A stretch of DNA of 64,000 nt from positions 1-64,000 of the IMG/VR virus record IMGVR_UViG_2706795240_000001; one strand, 5' to 3'. Source of the stretch: a virus. Taxonomy: Duplodnaviria > Caudoviricetes. Made by a program: the position numbers and the translations under genes. The notes beneath the pieces are model-generated. The model had not been told where the DNA came from. It did no database searches and saw only the letters and a list, made by a program, of their open reading frames with translations. Shown here piece by piece: positions 8,860-17,800 of the stretch (the first letter of the stretch is position 1; every line of letters starts with the position of its first letter).

Positions 8860-10044
8860 ATGGCTAGCAATGGTTTTGGCCTTGCTCCGAATGCGGCAAG
8901 CGACTTCTCCGGTGGCAACGTTCCTCTTAAGGAATTGCTCGCGCGGCGGACTCATCTTGGCGTTGTTCGGGAGCTTACGCCTCCGGAAGAGCACATTGGT
9001 CTGACGGAAATTCCGTTCATGGAAGTTGATTCCGACGACGTGATCATGGATTATGTTCGAGGAACCGGTTCCGGTCTGGCACCGGCTGTCGCGCCCGACG
9101 CCGAGTCCGAGCTGTTCCAGGATAGCGATGACGTTACCGGCCAGATCAAGGCGTCGATCATGGATTGGCGGCTTAAGAGCCGCTACTCCTGGACTGACAT
9201 TCACCAGTATTTCGAGGCCAAGCAGGTTCTCGAAGATGCTGTGCGAAATGGCAGCACCATCCCGACGACCACTCTTGGTTCGCTGGTTTCAAAGATCGAC
9301 TCGAAGATCGCTCGTGACACCGTTAAGCGCAAGGCATATCTCGACAACCGTCTTGAGTGGCTTGCAATGAAGGGTCTTGTTGACGCCCGTATTCAGTACG
9401 ATGACGGCAAGATTAAGTTTGACGTTAATTACGGTCGACCCGCTGGTAATACCAAGAATAGCATCGGCGGTGCCGCTCTTGATTTCTCAAGCGACACTCA
9501 CGATCCGATCAACTGGCTTATTGCTCAGAAGCAGGAAGCGTTTGACACCCATGGTGTTGACCTTTCTCGGATCAAGTGCTCGCGCAAGTTTGCGAATTCG
9601 CTTTTCCGTTCGAGCAAGTTCATTCCGCGCACCGGTTTTGCACCGGCTGCGGGTGTTGATCCCAAGTACGTTCTTGAGGGCTGGGGTCCGCAGGCTGCAA
9701 TCGATATCGTTCAGCGTGAATGCGATATCACCATGGAGGTTTACGATAGCGTCTTCCGTCAGCGTAATCCGCTGACCGGCGTTATCCAGAACATTCGTTA
9801 CCTGCCCGATGACGAGGTTCTGTTCCTGCCGAATACCGATCAGCTCGCCGCTTACGACGACACCGAGCTTGGTTTTGGCAAGATGCTGACCTCGCCTCAC
9901 CCGATGAACGATTTCAAGGCCGGTTGGTACGCTTGGGAGACCGAGACCACCGACCCGTGGGAGCGTTACATCGGTACGGGAATTAAGGCGTTCCCGGTCC
10001 TTCCGCACATGGAGCTGACCTATAAGTGGAAGGTCACCCTCTAA
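8860..10044 (+). CDS. Major capsid protein (lambda gpE-like family)
   Basis: 394 aa, position, RLEWLAMKGLVDARI...VNYG, HDPINWL and C-terminal GIKAFPVLP motif. Strongly biased codon usage. Confidence 0.88.
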   Translation: MASNGFGLAPNAASDFSGGNVPLKELLARRTHLGVVRELTPPEEHIGLTEIPFMEVDSDDVIMDYVRGTGSGLAPAVAPDAESELFQDSDDVTGQIKASIMDWRLKSRYSWTDIHQYFEAKQVLEDAVRNGSTIPTTTLGSLVSKIDSKIARDTVKRKAYLDNRLEWLAMKGLVDARIQYDDGKIKFDVNYGRPAGNTKNSIGGAALDFSSDTHDPINWLIAQKQEAFDTHGVDLSRIKCSRKFANSLFRSSKFIPRTGFAPAAGVDPKYVLEGWGPQAAIDIVQRECDITMEVYDSVFRQRNPLTGVIQNIRYLPDDEVLFLPNTDQLAAYDDTELGFGKMLTSPHPMNDFKAGWYAWETETTDPWERYIGTGIKAFPVLPHMELTYKWKVTL

Positions 10045-10067
10045 CCTTTTAAAGGGGAGAATTAATC

Positions 10068-10358
10068 ATGGCAACCAAGCCAGACGGTTCAGTTACTAAG
10101 CCGCAGGGCGTAGTTGCACCCGGCGGATCGGCAAAGCCTGCCGTTTCGCCGGGTAATACTAAGCCCAAGGAAACGGGTAAGTCGAGTTCGCCTCTGCTTC
10201 CCGGCACTCCGGAATTTCTCGTCGCAGATGCGAAGGGTCCGGACGAGGTTTTTAACAACGAAACATCCGGCTACATCGGCGTCGATCCGCAGTATCAGAA
10301 TGCTGCGAACGCCACCGATAAGCCCGTCGTTGAGGCCGAAGAGCCAGAAGGGCCTTAA
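10068..10358 (+). CDS. Hypothetical low-complexity protein
   Basis: 96-aa ORF with RBS AAAGGGGAG. Pro/Gly-rich, lies between MCP and adaptor. Confidence 0.7.
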   Translation: MATKPDGSVTKPQGVVAPGGSAKPAVSPGNTKPKETGKSSSPLLPGTPEFLVADAKGPDEVFNNETSGYIGVDPQYQNAANATDKPVVEAEEPEGP

Positions 10359-10389
10359 ACAATAGCAATGAAGAGACCACTTAGACAGG

Positions 10390-11406
10390 ATGCAATCTAA
10401 AATGGCCGATGTATGGAGCAATTCGTATTTTGACGATTTTAGTGGGGACCTGTCTAAGTGGTCTTTTTTGCGCGACAATCCTAACGATCCGCCGTATATT
10501 GTCGGCGGAAATCTTGTGTTCCCCGAAGCTCCATATTCTGGCGCATTTGGTCCCGGTCTTTGGGAAATGACTGGAAGCACGGTCTACCTGAATGTCCTGG
10601 ACTGGGGAGATAAACTAAACTTTGGTCCGCTGACCTTTGATTCCGTTAATGGACTCAGGTCGGCCTATGATCCGTCGACGCTAATTCGTGCAGCGCAGGA
10701 CGCGCCAAATCTGCTCCTGATCGAATTTACAAATACGTCAATCTACATTAGCCAGTCTGGCGATAATGGGTCGACGTGGAACCAGATTTACGCTGGTGAT
10801 GTTTCGCCTACATTCCAGGCCGCAACGGGAATGAATAACCCTTGTGAATGGGAAATCGATACAGCAGGCGCACCGGTAGTCGGGTCGTTTAATGTCGATC
10901 CGGCTGGAGTGACGGTTAACCGATCTAAGTACTGCGAAAACGTTGACGTGACCCAGATGCTTGGTCAGGTTGGCGAAGAAATTCCGCGATGGATCGGCGA
11001 CTCGTATGATGACGCTATTCATCTGGCGTCCGAGGAAATCGACATGATGGTAGGCAGGGTATATTCCTTGCCTCTCGTGTTGAAGCCTGGCTCTACTGAT
11101 CAGCTTCTTATCAAAAAGATTTGTCGTTTCATTACGACCGGTCGCGTTCTCATGGCGGCAAGTTCCGCACAAGAAACAAACCAGGTTCATAAGTATGCGT
11201 CTTATCTGCTGATTCAAGCGCAGAACGCCCTCGACGCAATCGTTGCCGGTAAGCTAAAGCTAAACGATCAGACTCCAGCCGAAAATACTGAACAGGATTA
11301 CGACAGCGGTCCCACCATCTTTTTGTCGGATGAGGACAGCTTTATCCGATGGTTCTATGGATACGGCGAAGCGGAGTTTGATGTTCCGAGTCCAGGGAGG
11401 TCGTAA
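10390..11406 (+). CDS. Head-to-tail adaptor (Mu gp36/DUF1320-like C-terminus) with N-terminal beta-sandwich domain
   Basis: C-half YCENVDV...AIHLASEEIDMMVGRVYSLPL...AQNALDAIVAGKLKL is adaptor-like. N-half (YFDDFSG...SGDNGSTW) is lectin-like. Confidence 0.65.
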   Translation: MQSKMADVWSNSYFDDFSGDLSKWSFLRDNPNDPPYIVGGNLVFPEAPYSGAFGPGLWEMTGSTVYLNVLDWGDKLNFGPLTFDSVNGLRSAYDPSTLIRAAQDAPNLLLIEFTNTSIYISQSGDNGSTWNQIYAGDVSPTFQAATGMNNPCEWEIDTAGAPVVGSFNVDPAGVTVNRSKYCENVDVTQMLGQVGEEIPRWIGDSYDDAIHLASEEIDMMVGRVYSLPLVLKPGSTDQLLIKKICRFITTGRVLMAASSAQETNQVHKYASYLLIQAQNALDAIVAGKLKLNDQTPAENTEQDYDSGPTIFLSDEDSFIRWFYGYGEAEFDVPSPGRS

Positions 11407-11906
11407 TGGCTGTTGCTGGCATTGAGCTAGAAGGCGAACACGTTAATCGCGTAATTGCTGACCTGAACAACAGGCTTGGAACGGTCCTCATGACCGCGAC
11501 ATTGACTACCGTTCATGGGCATTTTCTCAATAAGACCGAGAGAATGTTTCAGGATGAGCGTGATCCTTATGGAAATAAATGGGCACCACTTGCCGAGTCG
11601 ACAATCTCTTTTCGCGAGAGCCTTGGCTATGGTGGCGCTCATCCGATTAACGTGAGGACGGGCGGACTGAGGGATTCGATGACCTCCGCGCCGCCAGATA
11701 TTCTTGGGCATTCAGACGGCGTTGTTACGCTTGCATATCCATCGCGAAAAATGCCAGCAGGCAATGATGGAATGAAGCACAGGCAGGCCGCAGGAATGCT
11801 TAAGGGACCGGCGCGTCCGGTTATTGGAATGGACGAAAAAGACGTGGCATTCGTTCTTGGTACGCTTAGGTCGAATCTTTTTACGGCCCTTGGCAGGGGA
11901 AGATAA
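11406..11906 (+). CDS. Virion morphogenesis / tail completion protein (Mu gpG-like)
   Basis: FQDERDPYGNKWAPLAESTI...RTGGLRDS...PARPVIG motifs. TAATG overlap with the upstream gene. Confidence 0.7.
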   Translation: MAVAGIELEGEHVNRVIADLNNRLGTVLMTATLTTVHGHFLNKTERMFQDERDPYGNKWAPLAESTISFRESLGYGGAHPINVRTGGLRDSMTSAPPDILGHSDGVVTLAYPSRKMPAGNDGMKHRQAAGMLKGPARPVIGMDEKDVAFVLGTLRSNLFTALGRGR

Positions 11907-12410
11907 ATGATTGAGACTGATGCACTTTGTTTTCCAAACAATGTAGTTGATTTTTTGTGCGCAGCACTTCAAGACATTGATCCGGATACGAAGATCGTAA
12001 AGCGTCCGATTAAGGATACGGATAGTTCTCAGACCATTTCGGTACTGCCTGTTGCGTGGAGTCCGGTGCAGGAATCGATGGAAATGCTTGGCCGACGAAA
12101 CGAGCCGACACTCCAGCGATATTCAATCTTGGTTGAATCGTTCATTGCTGACATGGATGAGGCACGCGGCATCCGGAAGCATTCGTTGCTGTCGGCCCTG
12201 GTCAGGCATACGCTTTACCGCAGCCCCGGTGTGCACGTAGGCTTACCGATGTTGAAGGTCGAATTTCAGAATTCGTCAGGGCCAACGATGGAAAGCGTCT
12301 CTCGTTGGGGAGTGGTTAGTCAGAATTACATGAATAATCGCGTACCAACGACGGGGAAATTTCTTTTCCTGTCAAGCACGGAACTGTTCGTGGAAACCGA
12401 GTTTAAGTAA
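11907..12410 (+). CDS. Tail terminator protein (probable)
   Basis: 167 aa in the neck gene position ahead of the major tail gene. Confidence 0.55.
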   Translation: MIETDALCFPNNVVDFLCAALQDIDPDTKIVKRPIKDTDSSQTISVLPVAWSPVQESMEMLGRRNEPTLQRYSILVESFIADMDEARGIRKHSLLSALVRHTLYRSPGVHVGLPMLKVEFQNSSGPTMESVSRWGVVSQNYMNNRVPTTGKFLFLSSTELFVETEFK

Positions 12411-12428
12411 CGGAAGGAACGAGCTAAA

Positions 12429-12743
12429 ATGGCTCTGTCTGAGGAAGATATCAACAGCAAGAAGGCGCGCAACGCCGACAACGAGAAGAAGATTGCCGAG
12501 CTTAACGCGAAGATTGCCGCTGCTGAGGCGGCAGCAAATAATGATGTTCGCGGCGAAAAGCTCGATCGTGAGGACGAAAAGCAACAGGTCGAAATCGCTC
12601 GACTTACTGCCCTTGCGGAGTCGATCAATGGCGGCGGCGCTCAGGAAACGGCTCCGGCGGCGGCTAATACTCGTCCGACTGGAACTCAGCGAAATCCCAC
12701 TAATTTCGGTGGAGCACCCGCTGTTACCGAGAATAAGGAGTAA
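12429..12743 (+). CDS. Hypothetical coiled-coil protein
   Basis: 104-aa ORF with RBS and highly-expressed-type codon usage. Confidence 0.7.
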   Translation: MALSEEDINSKKARNADNEKKIAELNAKIAAAEAAANNDVRGEKLDREDEKQQVEIARLTALAESINGGGAQETAPAAANTRPTGTQRNPTNFGGAPAVTENKE

Positions 12744-12748
12744 GTAAA

Positions 12749-13774
12749 ATGGGTTACGGTTCTCAGAGTGGCCAGATTATCATCGGCTCTCAGACTGGTC
12801 CCGGCGCGACGAATAACGCGCTTGCAACTGATGGAACCTCGCTCAAGCTGACCTCCGGTTCTCTTGCCGGTAACCGCGAGCTTTTGGTTCTTGATCCTGA
12901 AATTGGCGGTAGCCGAGCTACCTCTGATGCGGATTTGGGTCCTGTCAGTTTCTCCGGCGACTACGAAATGTATGTTCGTTTCCGGACTGCCGCGCTTCTG
13001 CTTTATGGCGCGCTTGGCAATAAGGTTTCGACGCCTCATGCAACGGCACCGACTGATACCGCTTTCGAGCATGTCATTACCGCCACCGATTCCGCGCAGC
13101 TTCCGTTCTGGACCGTGTACGAGGAAATCTCGAACGATCTGGAGCGCAATCTCTACACGGATGCGGTCGTTAATACCTTCCATATGGAAGCCGACGCTGG
13201 CGGTCACCTGACTGCTACTGCCGGAATGCTCGCTCGCCTTATGACCGCAAATGCTACGAATATCGATGGTCGAACGCTTGTCGACAATACGTCGACCGTT
13301 GTTGGTACTAACATTCTCGTTAAGTACGACGGCGTTACCGTTCCGGCTAAGTCGTTTTCTCTTGACATTGCCAATAACGTTGAGGACGACGATTTCCGTC
13401 TCGGTTCGTTCTTCCTTGGCGATATGACGGCAAAGTCGCTTGAAGTCACCGGCTCAATGACGCTGCGCCACGAGTCGAACGCTATGATGCGCCAGGCTCT
13501 TTTTGGTTCGGCATCGGCAACTCAGATCGGCGGACTCACCACAAAGGAGGGTCTGGAAATCGAAATGCAGTCGTACATCGATATTCCCGGCGCTACCGGC
13601 GTGAAGTTCTCGATTAATATCGAGTGCCCGTTCACCATTCTCAACCCGTTTGCATTTGAGCCCTCCGGCGACGATGCTCTTGAGAATGACGTCGAGCTGA
13701 CCATGGTCCAGAAGGACCCGGCACAGAGCGTTATCACCGCGACGGTGACTAACGACCTGGAAGAGATTAAGTAA
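12749..13774 (+). CDS. Major tail (tube) protein
   Basis: 341 aa, beta-rich. Sits before the chaperone pair and tape measure and is followed by a strong hairpin. Confidence 0.85.
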   Translation: MGYGSQSGQIIIGSQTGPGATNNALATDGTSLKLTSGSLAGNRELLVLDPEIGGSRATSDADLGPVSFSGDYEMYVRFRTAALLLYGALGNKVSTPHATAPTDTAFEHVITATDSAQLPFWTVYEEISNDLERNLYTDAVVNTFHMEADAGGHLTATAGMLARLMTANATNIDGRTLVDNTSTVVGTNILVKYDGVTVPAKSFSLDIANNVEDDDFRLGSFFLGDMTAKSLEVTGSMTLRHESNAMMRQALFGSASATQIGGLTTKEGLEIEMQSYIDIPGATGVKFSINIECPFTILNPFAFEPSGDDALENDVELTMVQKDPAQSVITATVTNDLEEIK

Positions 13775-13806
13775 GCCTCCTGCGATAATTCGCTACCGTA
13801 GGAAAA

Positions 13807-13853
13807 GGATTATCCCCATGTGCCAAGTGCAGATTGGCACATGGGGATAATCC
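13807..13853. terminator. Perfect 20-bp stem-loop after major tail gene
   Basis: GGATTATCCCCATGTGCCAA (13807-13826), 7-nt loop, exact reverse complement at 13834-13853. Weak U tail. Confidence 0.7.
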
Positions 13854-13893
13854 GTCTCATTTAAATATCATCAAGCCTAGAAAGGGCAATAAG

Positions 13894-14499
13894 ATGACCG
13901 CACCACAGGGCACCACCGATATCACCTCGCTCGACTACGGCAAGACCGCAGAGCAGATTGCAGCAGATAAGAACGCTGCCGAGCAGGGTTTCCAGAGCAC
14001 TCGTCCCGTTTTCGTTGATTACTGGGGCAAGGATATCACCAAGAAGTTTTATTTCCCCGGCCAGGAAGATGTTCCCGAGGAATACAAGCAGTACATCGAA
14101 TACAAGCCCATGACCGAAGGCGCTCGCGCTCGTTTCCAGAAGAAAACGAACCGTGGCGTCGTCATCGAGTCGAGCACCCAGAATGCTCGAATGGGCATGG
14201 ACCCGGCTGGCGACCGTAAGGCCCTTTTTGAAGAGTCGGTTGTCGACTGGAAGTTCGCGAAGGGCCAGACGCTTGTCGACTTCTCGTTCCGCAAGTTCAT
14301 GGAGTGGTACGAGGGCGCAAATCCGAAGATCGTTGATGATCTTGAGCGTGAAATCCGCGAGAATAACGAGTGGATGCTGAACGAGCTTTCGTCTGAGGCA
14401 ATTCAGAAGGAAATCGACAGCCTCTACGAGCGCAAGGCCGAGGCCGAAAAGCGCGAGGCGCGTGAGGCGGATTTCGACAGCAAGCGCAACGCTTTGTAA
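13894..14499 (+). CDS. Tail assembly chaperone (short form, 201 aa)
   Basis: Between MTP and TMP. Likely start is ATG 13894 (MTAPQG) after AAAGGG; the track start at 13834 lies inside the hairpin. Confidence 0.8.
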   Translation: MTAPQGTTDITSLDYGKTAEQIAADKNAAEQGFQSTRPVFVDYWGKDITKKFYFPGQEDVPEEYKQYIEYKPMTEGARARFQKKTNRGVVIESSTQNARMGMDPAGDRKALFEESVVDWKFAKGQTLVDFSFRKFMEWYEGANPKIVDDLEREIRENNEWMLNELSSEAIQKEIDSLYERKAEAEKREAREADFDSKRNAL

Positions 14500-14756
14500 A
14501 GGGCGAAGAGGTTCCAAATCCTGATCCGCGCATCGTAGCATTTATGATGTGCGAATCAATGAAATGGAATCATCTTCCGATTGCCGGTGGAATTTACGAC
14601 CAGGACCCGGTTCTCATGACTTCGTTCATGACAATCTTTTCCGAACGATCTAAGCACCAGGCAGCCGAAGCTAAAAAGCGCGAACGCGAAGCTAAAAAGA
14701 AACCCAGTTCTGGGTCACGACGGGCATCCCGACCTGCGTCAAGCCGTAAAAGGTAA
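13894..14756 (+). CDS. Tail assembly chaperone, -1 frameshifted long form (~287 aa)
   Basis: The -1 frame is open from 14466 to 14756 and contains KWNHLPIAGGIYDQDP. Candidate slip G GAT TTC at 14469-14475. Confidence 0.7.
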
Positions 14757-14763
14757 GACGTAG

Positions 14764-14801
14764 CGAACGGGGTGCCCGTTCGTGTATGGTGTGAATATAA
14801 T
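14764..14801 (+). promoter_or_regulatory. 8-bp hairpin (CGAACGGG-GTG-CCCGTTCG) plus TATAAT upstream of tape measure gene
   Basis: Hairpin at 14764-14782 and TATAAT at 14796-14801 in the intergenic gap. No consensus -35. Confidence 0.3.
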
Positions 14802-14858
14802 TAATTGACTGGTTAAAGGACACAGTGGAGGTCCACTTACCGAGGATAATAAATCCCC

Positions 14859-17800
14859 ATGACTCCAGCAGAACTTAGAATTCTTGTTACGGTTCGATCG
14901 GCTGAGGCTAAAAAGTCTCTTGATGGTCTTCGTCTTATGATGGGCAAGATCGCCGCGCAGACGACGCTTGCCTCTACTGAAATGAAGGCATTCAATGGCG
15001 TTGTCGCCAGCTCGGTTGCTCCGCTTAAGAGTTCCAGTGCAGCAGCCGCAGACCTCGCGGCTCATCTGGCACTAATCGGAAAGAGTAAGGCAGCCGCAAC
15101 CCTTAGCGGAATTGACGCCTCTGCATCCAAGGCTCAGCGTTCCGTTGGGCTTCTTGGTAAAAACGCAACGACAGCAGCGACCGGCCTCAAGGCAATTAAT
15201 ACGGGATCGCAGAATGCAGCCGTTGGCATAAACCGACTCAATAAGAGTTCGGCAGGAATCGAGCGACTTGGCACGGTATTCAAGGGTACCGCAACTGGTG
15301 TCAGGTCGCTTAATACTGCCCTAAACCAGAACACCGTTTCGAGCGCTCGCGCTGTCGGTGGACTGAATTCCGCGAGCGCAGCAGCAGAGCGTGCAGCAGC
15401 CGCCGCGACGGCATCGGCCACCGGGTTTTCCAGCAGCGCAGCCGCCATGGGCGCGATGGGCGCAGCAGGGGCGGTAGCCGGACGGGCAGCCACCGCCGCG
15501 ACTACCGGCGCAGCAGCGGGTGCAGCGGCGCAGGGAACATTTGCACAGCGACTCGCTGGCACGTCCGAGGCGCTGAGAAAACAGGGTTCGCGCGCACAGT
15601 GGGCCGGTCGCCAGATTTCAATGATGTTCACTGCCCCTGTGGCGCTTGCTATTGGCATGGGCGCAAAGTGGCAGCTCGATCTTGAAAAGCAGCAGACTCA
15701 GCTCGCCAAGGTTTACGGTAGAATTGGCGAGGACCAGGACGCCCTCGGAGTCGAGACACAAAAGCTGAATAAATACTTCCGTCTTCTGTCGGATGAGCTT
15801 GGTAATTCTCAGGAAGAAATTACCTCTATCGGTGCGGCATGGGCGCAGGCTGGCAAGAGTGGCGCAGCACTCGCTGAATATACTCGCCTCACTACTGAGG
15901 CAATGATTCTCGGCGATATTACCGCCGATCAGGCTCAGCAGTCGATGACCGCTTTGAGCTTGCAGTGGAATCTTGGTGCAAAGGCATCAAAGATTACCGC
16001 TACAGAATTCATGAACATGAAGGACGCAATTGCAGCGATTAACGTTGCGTCTAACGAGACTCAGGTTTCTTACGCCGACCTTCTCCAAGTCATGGGCCAG
16101 GCCGGTTCAATTGCGCGAACTTCGGGTGCGTCGTTCAAGGAAACCCTTGCAATGGCGACCTCGATTACTCGTGTTACGGGCAACGCTGCAAAGACCGGTA
16201 ATGCGCTTAAGTCGATTTTGACTAATGCCCTTAAGCCGCCAAAGGGTGGCGGCACGGAGTGGATGAAAAAGCTCGGCGTTGACCTGGAAAGTGTTGAGGG
16301 TCGAGCACTCACTTCTTCTCAGCGTATTGAAGTTCTTGCCGAAAATCTTTCTAAGCTGGATCAGCAGGGCCAGGTCGAGGCAATTGGCTCGATGTTTACC
16401 AAGTGGCAGATCAATGCTTTTGCCCAGCTTGGCAAAGATATTCGTCAGGCTCGCATTCAGCTTTTGGGATGGTCGAAAGATATTACGGGAAGCGAAAGGG
16501 CTGCACAGGGTCTATACGACTCCATGACCAGGGCTCTTGGCTCGCCGATGCAAAGTCGTGCAGCGCAGAATGCGTTCAAGGGACTGGAAATCGATATCAA
16601 GGCTGCCGATTACCAGTCCATGAATGCTAATGCCAGGTTCATTCGACTTGCCGATTCTATGCGCGGAATGGATGAGCAGGCACGCAAGGTTAAGCTGGAG
16701 CAGATTTTCGGTCCGGCTAATGTTGGTGCGCTTGATAAGCTGGTTCAGAAGACCAACGAAAATACCGAAGCTCTGGGTAATTATAATCGCGAGATTGCAT
16801 CCACCGGAGATAAGGCAAAAAATCTTGAGCAGTATAAGAAGGAGCTTGACAAGTTCCTAGAGTCGAATCCACAGAAGTTTAAAATTGCTGGCACAATGAT
16901 GAAGAACGCCCTCATGGACGTTGCTGTCATTCTTCTGCCATATATTCTTGCGCTGGCTAAGTCTATTGCGAAAATGGCGCAAGCCTTTGCGAATATGAAT
17001 CCGACTCTCCAAAAGGTCGTTATTGGCTTCCTGGTGTTCCTTGCCCTTGTTGGTCCGCTCGCAATACTGATCGCGAGCTTCAAGGTTCTGTTCGGCGTCC
17101 TCGGCGGCGGAATGGCAAAGCTGATCGGATTTTTTACGGTCACCAGCACGTCGGCAACGGGTGCGACTACATCGCTTTTCCGGTTCAGTGCAGCCGGTCG
17201 CGCAGCCGCGCGCGCCAATAAGGCCGCAGCAGCCGAGATAGCGGGGTCGTCAAAGGTTGGCTTTGGTGCAGCGGCCAAATCTGCAATGACTAGTGCCCGT
17301 ACTACCGTTCGGGAATTTGCAACTGGCGCAAAGGCGGCTGCTGCATCATGGAAGGCCGGAATTCGAGGAATTCCAGTATCTACCAGGATTAATGGCGCTC
17401 AGACCGCCGCTGTTCAGACTCAAAATAATGCAATCATGTTGGCGCGAATCAATGGCGGAATGGCCGCGATTCGTGCTGCACAGGCGCGCGGTGAGCAGGC
17501 TCGCATTTCCACCATCCGCCTTTACGGAAACCTTGCTGCAATTGAGCAGTCGATGGGAATGAAAAAGCAGGCTGCCGCAGTTACCGCCGGTGGCGCAGGT
17601 GTTGTTGCTGCGCAAAAGGGCGTTGGCGCTGCACAGGTTGCTGCTGCCGGTAAATCTGGAACGGCTGCTGGTGCCGCCGCTGGCGCTGGTGCCGCCCGTG
17701 GAATGAAGGGCAAGTTGCCTGGCATTCTTGGAATTCTTGCAACAGTTCTTTTCTTCATTCCTCCAAGCTGGTTTAAGGCCGGTGGCGATGCCGCGAAGAG

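Noticed and set aside
15380-15620. GCA/GCC-rich quasi-repeats in the TMP N-terminus
   Set aside because: Explained by poly-Ala/Gly coding; no exact repeat unit.
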